Source: an uncultured Gemmatimonadales bacterium
Lineage (GTDB): Bacteria; Gemmatimonadota; Gemmatimonadetes; Gemmatimonadales; GWC2-71-9
Assembly (NCBI GenBank): GCA_963779755.1
Contig: CAVZZO010000003.1
Coordinates: 608,001-672,000, forward strand
DNA length: 64,000 nucleotides
Direction of reading: 5' to 3'
In this document: in pieces, positions 8,584-18,285 of the stretch
How positions within the stretch are numbered: position 1 is the first letter of the stretch
Layout of the letters: the number at the start of each line of letters is the position of its first letter
The notes under the pieces: generated by a model
Told to the model about the DNA's origin: nothing
What the model saw: the letters and a program-made list of their open reading frames with translations, nothing else
Databases searched by the model: none
Position numbers and translations under genes: made by a program

Positions 8584-11500
8584 TCAGAATCCCGGAATGA
8601 GCGCCACCTGCCAGAGCAGCCCCTTGCCGGGGCGGTCGAAGGGGTGCACGGCATCCAGCTCCAGTACGGCGAACCCGAGCAGATTGGCCCGGAGGGCCGC
8701 GCCTGCGCTGTAGACCGGCTTGCGGTCGCCGCCCAGGAACCACGCCTTGTGCTGGCTGTCCCAGGCCACGCCCGCGTCGCCGAAGAAGGCGAGCTCCAGC
8801 GGGAACGCGCCGTAGTACCCGCCGCCCAGGCCCAGCGCGCCGAAGAGGGGAAAGCGCAGCTCCAGGTTGCCGACCATGATGCGGCTGCCCACCAGCCGGT
8901 CGAACACCGGACAGCTCGAGCCCGTGGTGGGGACGCACTCGTTGGCGTTGAACGACCCCACCCGGTATCCACGCACCAGGCCGTCGTAGCCCAGGAACAG
9001 GGGCTGGAGCCGGGGATCCTCGGCATCGGCCCCATAGCGGCCATAGTGGAGAATGCGGCCGGCCAGGGTAAAGGGCCGGGCAATGTAGATGTACTTCCGG
9101 TAGTCGGCCAGCCCGCTGAAGAACTGCAGGCTGCCCAGGAAGGGGGTGGCCTCCAGCCGGTACCGCTGGCCGACCACGGGACTGGTCGCCCCCAGCACGG
9201 CATTATCGTAAACCAGCGCCGCGCTGCCCTCGAAGAGCGTCAGCCCGGCCGGGGTGGGCAGGTTCTGGGTCTGATCGGCGATCAGGTTGCCGGAAAGGGG
9301 ATCGTAGGCGCGGGTCTTCAGCTCTTCGCTGAAGCTGATATTCTCCACCGTCGTGGAGAGCTCCACCCGCTGCACCCGGCTGAAGGGATAGGCCAGGAAC
9401 CCGCCCAGCTGCCGTTCGGTTTGCCGGGCGATCAGCTCCTGCTCGATGTAGTAGGTGGTGGTATCGCCGGGCAGGGTCCCCAGGCCGGCCGCGAAGCCGC
9501 CGGTGCGATACGGCAGCTGCTGCGCCACCACCCCCCAGTTGATGCGATGCCTCAGGTTCTGATATCCCACCAGGGCCGCGATATCCTTGAAGGTCCCGTT
9601 CACCTGCAGCCCGGTCACCAGGTTACGGTTGCCCAGCATATCGCTGAAATAGAGGGCGCTGCCGCCGCCCACGTAGGTACCGAAGCGATCCACCGCCGCG
9701 CCCAGGGTGGGCTGCGCCACATAATCGAGCTGCAGCCCCGGATGATAGGCGTGGGTGTCGAAGCTTTCCACCGGCGGCAGCCCCAGATCGGGATTATGCA
9801 ACAGCGCCAGGAGCGGCTCCTCGTGATGCTGCGCCGGGGGTAGTATCGCGGCGTTCACCGGCAGGGTCACCGGCGGCCGCCCCGCGAGGGTGGCCTGATC
9901 GTCGATGCGGTAGACCTGATAGCCGCCGTGACCGTAGACGCTGTAGAGCATGCTGCCGGTGCCCTGCGCGACCGACATGGCCGGGCTCAGGGCGGTGATG
10001 CCGCTGACCCCGGTATAGAGGTTGGTCACCTGGCTGGTGCTGCCGTCGGCCAGGGTGACCCGGTAGACATCGCTCTTGCCGCCGTGATCGGCGATGAAAT
10101 AGAGGGCCGAGCCGTCGGGCGTCCACCGGGGATTGATGTGCTTCCCGCTGAGCCCGGTGGGAAGGGCGCGGATCTCCCCGCTGGAGGGAGTGAGCAGGCC
10201 GAGCTGATAGGCGCCGGTCTGCAGGTTGTTCAGGTCCGTGGTGAACCGGTCGGTGACGAAGGCCAGGGTGCGGCCGTCGGGCGACCAGGCCGGCTCCAGA
10301 TCGGCGTAGGCGTCGTCGGTGAGCCGCACCAGGCTGTCGGCCTGGAGGTCGTACATGAAGAGATCCAGCAGGCCGCCGGCCTGGCCGCTGAACGCGATAT
10401 ACCGCCCGTCGGGCGACCAGCTGGCGTTGAAGGCCTCGCCCAGCGTCTTGAGCGGGACTTCCCGCGCCACGCGGCCCTGGTTCACATCGTACAGGTCGAG
10501 CACCGGCCGGCCCGCGGAGACGCCGGTAAAGGCGAACTGCGAGCCGTCGGGCGACCAGCTACCCGCCGAGGCGATGAACTCCAGACTCTGGAAGTGGGCA
10601 TCGGTCGCGGTATTGGTAATGCGCCGCTTGACCTCGCCCGTATGGGCATCGGCCAGGTACATGTCGATGGAGAAGAGCCCGCGCGCGGAGAGAAACACCA
10701 CCTGGTTGCCGTCGGGGCTCACCTCGGGCGCCACGTTGAGCCGCTCCGCCTCGTTGCCCGTGCCGGAAATGACGACCGGCCCGTAGCTGTCGGCCGCCCG
10801 GGTGCTGTCATCCACCGGCTGATAGGCCTCCTGGGTGGCCTCCTTCCAGCGCACCGAGAGGGTATCGGTGGACATGTGCAGGATGTCCTGCAGGGCAAAC
10901 CGGACATCGCGCCGCTGTCCGCCTACCCGGAGCAGCTGGGCCACTACCTCGTCGCCGTAGGTACCGCCGATATACGACAGCAGCGCCTGGCCGTAGCGGT
11001 ACGGGAAATAGCGGGAATCGTTGAGCTGGTCGACCGTGGGAAACTTGGTCTTCAGCGCGTCGCGCATCCACATGGCGGTATGCGCGTCACTGGGGCCCAG
11101 TGAGAGGTACTCGGCCATGCCCTCGATGAACCAGAGCGGCAGGTACAGCGCCCCGGGAACCCCGCCGGAGGACAGGGTACCGCCGGTCATGTCGTACTGG
11201 AAGACGTGGACCAGCTCGTGGCCCAGGACGTGGTCGGTCTCGGCCAGGGGGCCCGCCAGGGGGAGTACTACCCGCCCCTTGAGGGCCTCGGTGACGCCGC
11301 CGGTCGCCTCATTCAGCTCGCCCGGAATGGCGTTGGTCTGTTCGAAGGCGGGATGGCTGTCGTAGATGATGACCGGCACCCGCCGGGTGATCTGGTGGCC
11401 GAAGAACCGGGAGAACCGGGCGTACCACCGCTCGGCCATCCGCCCCACGTCGACCGCCGCCTGCCGCTCTTCGGGATAGTAGTAGATGCTGAAATGCTCA

Positions 11501-11625
11501 GTCGACAGCACCTTGAAGTCGAAATCGCGGTACTGGACCTTGTTCTGCCCGAAGTATTGGGCCTGCAGCGGGGCAACGCACAACCCGGCCAGCAGCAACA
11601 GGGCTGCCGGGAGAATCTTCTTCAT
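8584..11625 (-). CDS. Outer-membrane protein: zincin-like peptidase domain + PD40/TolB-like beta-propeller + Omp85 (BamA/TamA) barrel
   Basis: Signal peptide, YFGQNKVQY, HELVH...WFIEGMAEY, repeated WSPDG units, LVRGY, GNLELRFP and a terminal Phe. Confidence 0.85.
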   Translation of the reverse strand: MKKILPAALLLLAGLCVAPLQAQYFGQNKVQYRDFDFKVLSTEHFSIYYYPEERQAAVDVGRMAERWYARFSRFFGHQITRRVPVIIYDSHPAFEQTNAIPGELNEATGGVTEALKGRVVLPLAGPLAETDHVLGHELVHVFQYDMTGGTLSSGGVPGALYLPLWFIEGMAEYLSLGPSDAHTAMWMRDALKTKFPTVDQLNDSRYFPYRYGQALLSYIGGTYGDEVVAQLLRVGGQRRDVRFALQDILHMSTDTLSVRWKEATQEAYQPVDDSTRAADSYGPVVISGTGNEAERLNVAPEVSPDGNQVVFLSARGLFSIDMYLADAHTGEVKRRITNTATDAHFQSLEFIASAGSWSPDGSQFAFTGVSAGRPVLDLYDVNQGRVAREVPLKTLGEAFNASWSPDGRYIAFSGQAGGLLDLFMYDLQADSLVRLTDDAYADLEPAWSPDGRTLAFVTDRFTTDLNNLQTGAYQLGLLTPSSGEIRALPTGLSGKHINPRWTPDGSALYFIADHGGKSDVYRVTLADGSTSQVTNLYTGVSGITALSPAMSVAQGTGSMLYSVYGHGGYQVYRIDDQATLAGRPPVTLPVNAAILPPAQHHEEPLLALLHNPDLGLPPVESFDTHAYHPGLQLDYVAQPTLGAAVDRFGTYVGGGSALYFSDMLGNRNLVTGLQVNGTFKDIAALVGYQNLRHRINWGVVAQQLPYRTGGFAAGLGTLPGDTTTYYIEQELIARQTERQLGGFLAYPFSRVQRVELSTTVENISFSEELKTRAYDPLSGNLIADQTQNLPTPAGLTLFEGSAALVYDNAVLGATSPVVGQRYRLEATPFLGSLQFFSGLADYRKYIYIARPFTLAGRILHYGRYGADAEDPRLQPLFLGYDGLVRGYRVGSFNANECVPTTGSSCPVFDRLVGSRIMVGNLELRFPLFGALGLGGGYYGAFPLELAFFGDAGVAWDSQHKAWFLGGDRKPVYSAGAALRANLLGFAVLELDAVHPFDRPGKGLLWQVALIPGF

Positions 11626-11718
11626 GCCTGCGCACATGGTACGTTCCGTCCATCCAGAGTGATCCCGCTTAGTCGGCGTGCCGCGCCGCCGGTGCAACGA
11701 TTTGTATCACCCGAGCGG

Positions 11719-11747
11719 CTGACACTGGCCCCCGCCCGATGTACGTT
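11719..11747 (+). promoter_or_regulatory. Putative sigma70 promoter of nfo (probably leaderless)
   Basis: CTGACA-N17-TACGTT; the ATG follows 8 nt later with no SD sequence. Confidence 0.5.
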
Positions 11748-11755
11748 CCTGTCTT

Positions 11756-12656
11756 ATGAACAGACTCCTGGGCGGCCATCCCCTGGACACGGGGGGCATC
11801 GACCAGGCCGTCCGGCGGGCCGGACAGGCCGGTATGGCCGCGGTGCAGATCTTTACCGCTATTCCAAAGTACTACGGCGACCGGTCGTCTATCCGCCCGG
11901 AGCGGGTGGAGCGCTTCCAGCGCGCCTTAAGGGAGACGGCTATGGAGCCCCGCCATGTACTGGTGCACGCCGCCTACGTGCTCAATACGGCCTCATCGGA
12001 CCCCGAAAAGGGCGCCCGGGCCCGGGCCGGGCTGGCGAAGGAGGTCGAACGCTCGACCCTGCTCGGGGCGGGCCAGATCTGCTTCCATCCGGGTGCCGCC
12101 ACCGATGGGGACCGCGAGGCGGCGCTGGACCGGGTGGCCGCCGCCATATACCCATGCACTTGAATCCACCCCGGGATCGACCCGTCTGCTGGTGGAAAAT
12201 ACCGCCGGCGCCGGAATGACCATCGGCCGGACGCCGGAGGAGGTGGGGGGCATTCTGTCCCGGGTGCCCGACCACCTGCGGCCCCGTACCGGCTATGGCC
12301 TGGATACCTGCCATCTGTTTGCCGCGGGGCATGACATTCATCGGTCCGCCGACGCGCTCCACGCCGTGCTCGACGCCTTCCAGGACGCCGCCGGTGAGCC
12401 ACCCTCCTTCTTTCACCTTAACGATAGCGAAGGCGGCCTCGGTTCCAACCGGGACCGCCATGCCCTGATCGGGGAGGGGCAGATCGGTAGCGCCCCCTTC
12501 GGCTGGCTGCTGCACGATCCCCGCAGCGCCGGCATCCCGCTCGTGCTGGAGACGCCACAACAGAAGCTGGATATTGCGGCGGAGGACACGACGGCGGACC
12601 CCTACGACCTCAGGATGATGGCGCTCCTCCGGGAGCTGGAAAGCAAGAAGGGCTGA
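11756..12656 (+). pseudogene. nfo: Endonuclease IV with a +1 frameshift near 12146-12150
   Basis: First frame has AVQIFT, HAAYVLN and FHPGA and stops at 12163. Second frame has LLVENTAG, LDTCHLFAAG, FHLNDS, DRHALIGEG and LETP. Removing 1 nt gives an intact 299-aa protein. Confidence 0.85.
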
Positions 12657-12694
12657 GAACCGAGTCCCTCCCCTCCCCACCGGCATGCCGTCGA

Positions 12695-13516
12695 CTACAG
12701 CCAGATCCGCCGGTATTTCGCCAGGACCATAAAATAGAGCCCATAAGCAGCAAGTCCGAGCCCCACCAGGCCAAGGAGCCAGCGCCCATGGCTCTGGGCA
12801 TGGATGGTGGTGAGCACCTGTTTCCACCCCTCGGCCTTCCCGGGGTCGAACTGCAGCGCGACCTGGATCAGGGAATAGCCGATAGCCCCGGAGACGATCG
12901 CCAGCGCGCCATAGCCCACGCGCCCCAGCCAGACGATGACCCTCCGCTCGACCGAGCTGATATCATGTTTCAGAATGTGCGCAAAGGCCGCCGTGATCAT
13001 CAGCCGCAACTGGAAGATGGCCGAGACGATGATAACGGCGCCGGCAATCCCCACCGCCCAACGTCCCAGGTGCGGGCTCAGGACCTTCGCAGCCAAGTCC
13101 TCGGTGGAGGTTCCTCCTCCGCCTCCCCCGGAACGCAGCGTCAGTTTCACGGCCACCCACCCGAGCAGGACATAGCTCAGGCCGGTTACCCCATACGCGG
13201 CCCGCTCGGCAATCCCCTTGATCCCATTGCCCTTGTTCTCCGGATCGACGAACGCCTGGATTTCCTTCCATAGCGCATAAGCGAAGATCCCGAGGGCCAT
13301 CACCGCCAGAAGGATGCGGCCGAAGGGCTGGTAAAGGATCTTCCGCAGGGCCGTGACCGGCCCGGCGGGGCCGCCGCCCAGCCCGATAACGAAGCGTACA
13401 GCCATGACCCCGATGACCACCGCCACCAGCCCCTTGGCCGCGAGCCCGAAGCGGGTCACGGCGTCGACGTAAGGCTCGACTGCTCGCTCGACCTGTCCCA
13501 CCTCCCGGTCGTTCAT
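12695..13516 (-). CDS. DUF1206 family membrane protein
   Basis: Three repeats of the R.G..A.G.V...IG pattern; QPFGRILL and GRWLLGLVGLGLAAYGLY; GGTGGAGG RBS before ATG 13516. Confidence 0.8.
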   Translation of the reverse strand: MNDREVGQVERAVEPYVDAVTRFGLAAKGLVAVVIGVMAVRFVIGLGGGPAGPVTALRKILYQPFGRILLAVMALGIFAYALWKEIQAFVDPENKGNGIKGIAERAAYGVTGLSYVLLGWVAVKLTLRSGGGGGGTSTEDLAAKVLSPHLGRWAVGIAGAVIIVSAIFQLRLMITAAFAHILKHDISSVERRVIVWLGRVGYGALAIVSGAIGYSLIQVALQFDPGKAEGWKQVLTTIHAQSHGRWLLGLVGLGLAAYGLYFMVLAKYRRIWL

Positions 13517-13637
13517 GCCTCCACCCTGTTCCGATGATCTGGTGCAACCGACGATCAGACAAGATGTTAGGACCTGATCCCGGCTGTCGGTGAGGCAGGA
13601 TGCGTTGCAGGGCCCGGCGGGAGGAGACGATGGCACC

Positions 13638-14585
13638 TCATGGCGCAGCGAGGCGGTAGAGATCCATGTTCCCCGATACTGCCGTATCCACCGCCGAGGC
13701 GATGAGGTCGCTGCCGTCGGGCGCAAAGGCCAGTTCGGAGATGGCCAGGCCGTAGGTTGGCACGCGAGTAACCTGCCCGTCGGAGCGCCGTATCCGGACC
13801 AGGCCGGAATCGGTCAGGGCGACGATCTCCCGGTCTCCCACCTGGGCGATGGATGGAACCCTCGCTCCCAAATCGAAGAGCGTGGTGAGGCCACCCGTCG
13901 GCTCCCAGACGAACACCCGAGAGTCTCCCGACAGCGTCAGGTAGAGCTTCCCGCCGGCCGGCACACTCTCGATGCCTTGCAGCGCGCCGGGCAGCGAAAC
14001 CGGCGTGAGGCGGCGCGGCCGCACCGTCAGGTCGGCGAGGTAGAGCGCGCTGTCCGCCTGGATCGCCAGCGTGTCTTCATTGAGCCAGGCAGCACGGGCT
14101 ATCCCCTGATGCCGCACGCCATCCGGGGTCATGAAGGGGATGTAGGTGACCTCGGCTGTATCGCGCAGATCCGCCAGCGGCGCTACCATCACGGCCTGAT
14201 AGAACGGCCCCTGTTCGTACCTGCGCTGCCGGGTGAGGACGAACGCGAGCTGGCCGCCGGCCGATACCGCGGGGCGGGAATATCCGTCGGTCACATCGGA
14301 ATCCACCACGGTGGGACAGAGCCAGCGACTGGCCCGGGCGCGCCGGGCGGGCAGCAGGGCGAGGCAGCTGCCGGGATCCGGTCCATAGCTGTACCCGAAG
14401 CTGTACACCAGGAAGGCGCCGCCGGGAGTGAAGCTGACCTGTCCGTCGAAAGCCGGGTTGACCGTGAGCCGGGCGGGTGGTCCCGGGTCCCAGGGCTGAT
14501 CGGTCCCGGGATCGGCCGCGGTGAACGGCTGGGAATGGGAGCAGGCAAGGAGGAGCAGCAACAGGCAGGAGAACAGTCGGCGCAT
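13638..14585 (-). CDS. Putative lipoprotein with TolB-like beta-propeller
   Basis: MRRLFSCLLLLLLAC lipobox; FTPGG, PAVSAGG and FAPDG propeller-like motifs. Confidence 0.65.
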   Translation of the reverse strand: MRRLFSCLLLLLLACSHSQPFTAADPGTDQPWDPGPPARLTVNPAFDGQVSFTPGGAFLVYSFGYSYGPDPGSCLALLPARRARASRWLCPTVVDSDVTDGYSRPAVSAGGQLAFVLTRQRRYEQGPFYQAVMVAPLADLRDTAEVTYIPFMTPDGVRHQGIARAAWLNEDTLAIQADSALYLADLTVRPRRLTPVSLPGALQGIESVPAGGKLYLTLSGDSRVFVWEPTGGLTTLFDLGARVPSIAQVGDREIVALTDSGLVRIRRSDGQVTRVPTYGLAISELAFAPDGSDLIASAVDTAVSGNMDLYRLAAP

Positions 14586-14668
14586 GGCATCCGGGGTAAA
14601 GGTCGATTCGGCAGACGACTGAGTGCGGAGAGGATGCACAGCCAGCGCCGGGCAGAGGCTTCAGCTGA

Positions 14669-14698
14669 GGGAATCAGGATTCAGGAGTCAGGAATGAA
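14669..14698. repeat. Heptamer tandem repeat (GGAATCA type, about 4 copies)
   Basis: GGAATCA GGATTCA GGAGTCA GGAATGA; same unit as at 18181, 42282 and 61504. Confidence 0.7.
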
Positions 14699-14794
14699 GG
14701 GGGGGCGCTGAAGCAATCCGCTCTCGCTGGACGTTGTCGCCCTCGGCAACCAGAAGGGCCAAGCCGGGGCTTCAGCCCTTGTAGGCAGAATGAC

Positions 14795-14829
14795 AAACGG
14801 GTGAGCCAGCGCTCACCCGTTTCCCTTTT
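14795..14829. terminator. Intrinsic terminator hairpin downstream of nrdJ, possibly bidirectional
   Basis: AAACGGGTGAGC-cagc-GCTCACCCGTTT, a perfect 12-bp stem with T-rich sequence following on both strands. Confidence 0.75.
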
Positions 14830-14862
14830 CCCGCTGCTTTCATTTCTCTCTTCCCTACTCCC

Positions 14863-17400
14863 TCATCCGCACTCGCTGTACCCGCACACATGGCACTTCA
14901 CGCACCCCTCGGCGAACTCGAGTTGCGAGCCGCAATCGGGGCAGGCGCCGGTGAGGACGGGGCCCAGATTGGCCAGCTTGAGCTGCTGGGAGCCCTCGGT
15001 GACCTTGTGCACCACGGCCGTCTCGACCTGCGGGGCGAGCGGGCCGCCGGGCAGCAGCTCCTGCTGAATGCCCTGCTTTTCGGTCATCCATTTCTCGATG
15101 GCGATCCCGACCGCGTCGGGCACCGACAGCACCTTGTTGGCGCCGAGGCCGATGACGCGGTCGGAGCTGATGCCGCGGAGCTGGCGGTAGATCTCCTTCA
15201 TCGGGATGCCCGATCTGAGGGAAAGTGAGATCAGCCGGCCCAGCGCCTCGACATCAGCCATCAACGCTCCGCCCGCCTTGCCCAGGCTCATGAATACTTC
15301 GAACGGCTGCCCGCGGTCGTCTTCGGTGATGGTCACGTACAAAGTGCCGAGCGGTGTCTCGACGCGGCGCGTGGTGCCGCGCAGCGTCTCGGGACGCATG
15401 CGCTTCTGGCGCCGCTGGAGATTCTCGGCTTCGAGATCGTGCACCATTTTCCGCAGGCGCTCGTTCTCCGCCTGCTGCTCGGCCAGCTCGCCCTGGAGAT
15501 CGGCGACGACCTCCTGCACCGCCGCCTGCGCCTGGGCACCGCCCTCGGCCACCACGGCCACGAGATCGCTCCGGGCCTGGGCATGGCCGCCGGCGGTGGC
15601 CTGCTGCTGGACCTTCTTCGCCGTGCTCCCGGTGGAGAGCACCTGCATGTCGCGGCTGCCGTCGCGATAGACGGTGACGCCCTTGCAGCCCAGGTGGTAG
15701 GCCAGGCGGTAGATCTCCTCGACGTATTCCTCGGTGGCCTCGTTGGCGAAGTTGCAGGTCTTGGAGATGGCGCTGTCGCAGTATTCCTGGAACCCGGCCT
15801 GCTGCCGGATGTGCCACTCGGGCCTGATATGGTTGGCGGTCACGAACACCCGCTGCCACCTGGCCGGCACTTCAGGAAATTCGATGGTGCCGGTCTCGGC
15901 GATCTTTCGCATCAGCGCTTCGGAGTACCAGCCCTCGTTCTTCGCGATGGCGACGAAGTCGTCATTGACGTCGGGCATGAGCACGCCGGCCTGGTTGCGC
16001 ATGAAGGCCACCGCGAAGAGGGGCTCGATGCCCGAGCTGCATCCGGCGATGATCGAGATGGTGCCGGTGGGGGCGACGGTGGTGACGTTGCAGTTGCGCA
16101 GCCGCCGCACGGGGCGGATCCGGTTCCCCCCGGCGTCGCGTGCGCAGGTGGCGTCGGGCCCCCAGATGCTCTGCTCCCACTCGGGGAACACGCCGCGCAG
16201 GGTGGCCAGCCGCTCGGACTCGACCTTGCCCTCTTCATCCACGAACTGCTGGATCTTCCGCCCCAGCTCCACGGCTTCGTCGCTGTCGTAGGGGATGCCC
16301 AGCTTCACCAGGACGTCGGCGTAGCCCATGACTCCGAGGCCGATCCGCCGGATGCGGCGGGCCAGATCGGTGATCTCCGGCAGCGGGTAGTTGTTGGCGT
16401 CGATCACGTTCTCCAGAAAATGAGTGGAGAGGTGAATGACCCGGCGCAGCCCGTCCCAGTCCATGGCGCCGTCCCGCACGAAGGCGCCGAGGTTGACCGA
16501 GCCCAGGTTACAGACATCGTAGGACAGCAGGGGCTGCTCGCCGCAGGGATTGGTGGCCTCGTAGGCGCCCAGCTGCGGGACCGGATTGTAGTGATTGGCC
16601 CGGTCAATGAAGAAGACTCCGGGCTCGCCCGTCTTCCAGGCGCCATGAATGATCCGCTCCCACACTTCCCGCGCCCGCAGCTGGCCGGTGACCTTGCCGG
16701 TGGCCGGGTGGATCAGGTCGTACTCCCGGTCCTGTTCCACCGCCTTCATGAACTCGTCGGTGACCGCCACCGAGATATTGAAGTTCGTCACCTTGGTGGT
16801 GTCGTCCTTGCAGGTGATGAACTCCATGATGTCGGGATGGTCCACCCGGAGGATGCCCATATTGGCACCGCGGCGGGTGCCGCCCTGCTTTACCACGTCG
16901 GTGGAGGCGTCGAACAGGGTCATGAACGAGACCGGCCCGGAGGCCACCCCCATGGTGGAGCGGACGATGTCGTTCTTGGGACGCAGCCGGGAGAAGCCGA
17001 ATCCGGTGCCGCCGCCCGACTGGTGCACCAGCGCCATGGCCCGGAGGGTATCGTAGATTCCGCTCTTCCCGTTGGAGAGGCAGTCCTCCACCGGCAGGAC
17101 GAAACAGGCCGACAGCTGCCCCAGCGGCCGCCCGGCATTCATCAGGGTGGGGCTGTTGGGCATGAAATACCGGTTGGCCATCAGCTCATAGAACGCTTCG
17201 GCCAGCTGCTCGACCGCCCCCTCCGAGGCGCCGTAGTTCCGGTCTGCCGCTGCGATGGTGCTCGCGACCCGCCAGAACAGATCCTCCGGTTGCTCCACGG
17301 GCTTGCCCTGGTCGTCCTTGATGAGATAGCGCTTCTCCAACACCGTAACGGCGTTGGCGGAAAGGCGGACGGCGCCCCGCGGGGAGGAGGATTGGGTCAT
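14863..17400 (-). CDS. nrdJ: Adenosylcobalamin-dependent (class II) ribonucleotide reductase
   Basis: PNSPTLMNAG, QLSACFV, KQGGTRRGANM, ATNPCGEQPL, APTGTIS and CKGVTVYRDGSR; C-terminal TSCPD-like domain and CPDC..CHVC Zn ribbon. Confidence 0.93.
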   Translation of the reverse strand: MTQSSSPRGAVRLSANAVTVLEKRYLIKDDQGKPVEQPEDLFWRVASTIAAADRNYGASEGAVEQLAEAFYELMANRYFMPNSPTLMNAGRPLGQLSACFVLPVEDCLSNGKSGIYDTLRAMALVHQSGGGTGFGFSRLRPKNDIVRSTMGVASGPVSFMTLFDASTDVVKQGGTRRGANMGILRVDHPDIMEFITCKDDTTKVTNFNISVAVTDEFMKAVEQDREYDLIHPATGKVTGQLRAREVWERIIHGAWKTGEPGVFFIDRANHYNPVPQLGAYEATNPCGEQPLLSYDVCNLGSVNLGAFVRDGAMDWDGLRRVIHLSTHFLENVIDANNYPLPEITDLARRIRRIGLGVMGYADVLVKLGIPYDSDEAVELGRKIQQFVDEEGKVESERLATLRGVFPEWEQSIWGPDATCARDAGGNRIRPVRRLRNCNVTTVAPTGTISIIAGCSSGIEPLFAVAFMRNQAGVLMPDVNDDFVAIAKNEGWYSEALMRKIAETGTIEFPEVPARWQRVFVTANHIRPEWHIRQQAGFQEYCDSAISKTCNFANEATEEYVEEIYRLAYHLGCKGVTVYRDGSRDMQVLSTGSTAKKVQQQATAGGHAQARSDLVAVVAEGGAQAQAAVQEVVADLQGELAEQQAENERLRKMVHDLEAENLQRRQKRMRPETLRGTTRRVETPLGTLYVTITEDDRGQPFEVFMSLGKAGGALMADVEALGRLISLSLRSGIPMKEIYRQLRGISSDRVIGLGANKVLSVPDAVGIAIEKWMTEKQGIQQELLPGGPLAPQVETAVVHKVTEGSQQLKLANLGPVLTGACPDCGSQLEFAEGCVKCHVCGYSECG

Positions 17401-17661
17401 GACGGGATCCTGTGGGTGTAAAGCTCGATGATTCGGTCGCGATGCAGCCGGGGGGCGACTGCACCTCCTGCTCAGGCGACGTGCCGCCGGCCAGACAGCA
17501 CGGGAGGACCAAAGTACACCCCACAACGCATCGCTACAACACCAGCGTATTCCGCCGGAATAACGCCAAAATCCGGTATTCACATCACAAATCTGCCTGA
17601 GGGGAAATCTAACGGATTCGTGTGGAAAAAGCGGCCCCGTGCAAGCAATCGCCGATCGCTG

Positions 17662-18180
17662 TCAGGCTTGCCGGAGGCCCGGGCTGGGCAGCCCGTAACG
17701 GCCGGAGCGGTGCTCCTCCGCCCGCTGCACATAATGGCGCCAGGTTTCCTCGATCCGGCGGGTCAGCTCCTCGTCCACCTGCCGCACGATTCGGCCCGGC
17801 ACCCCCATCACCAGCGAGCCGGGCGGCACCCGCATCCCTTCGGGAATGACGGCACCCGCTGCCACGACACTGCCGGTCCCGATTCGCACCCCATTGAGCA
17901 GCACGCTGCCCATGCCGATCAGGCAGTCGTCTTCGATGGTGCACCCATGGATGACCGCCCGATGGCCGATCCCGACCCGGTTGCCGATACTGCAGGGAAC
18001 CCCCTCGTCCACGTGAACGATGGTCCCGTCCTGGATATTGGTATGATCGCCGACGGTGATCCGGTCGATATCGCCGCGCAGCACGGCGGTGTACCAGACG
18101 CTGGCCTGGGCCCCCAGAGTAACCTCACCCAGGACGACGGCGGTGGGGGCGATGAACGCGGTGGGGTGGATGGTAGGCAT
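17662..18180 (-). CDS. Gamma carbonic anhydrase family (YrdA/PaaY-like hexapeptide-repeat protein)
   Basis: VLRGD, TNIQDGTIVH and IGHRAVIHGC metal-binding His residues; hexapeptide repeats. Confidence 0.92.
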   Translation of the reverse strand: MPTIHPTAFIAPTAVVLGEVTLGAQASVWYTAVLRGDIDRITVGDHTNIQDGTIVHVDEGVPCSIGNRVGIGHRAVIHGCTIEDDCLIGMGSVLLNGVRIGTGSVVAAGAVIPEGMRVPPGSLVMGVPGRIVRQVDEELTRRIEETWRHYVQRAEEHRSGRYGLPSPGLRQA

Positions 18181-18285
18181 CGGGGATCAGGAATCAGGAA
18201 TCAGGAATCAGGAATCAGGGATCAGGGATCAGGAATTGGGGATCGGGGAACCGGGATCAGGGATTGTCCCGATTCCTGATTCCTA
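18181..18285. repeat. Heptamer tandem array (CAGGAAT/CAGGGAT, 12 units) plus inverted arm (3 units)
   Basis: Fills the whole gap between the kinase stop codon (part of the last unit) and the gamma-CA ATG. Confidence 0.92.

Noticed and set aside
14863..17400. Intein or intron in nrdJ
   Set aside because: Catalytic motifs are contiguous and no splicing or homing-endonuclease motifs are seen.
17500..17600. NrdR boxes or a cobalamin riboswitch upstream of nrdJ
   Set aside because: Only weak CACAAC/CCAAAATCCGG-like matches; no convincing 16-bp palindrome or B12 box by eye.
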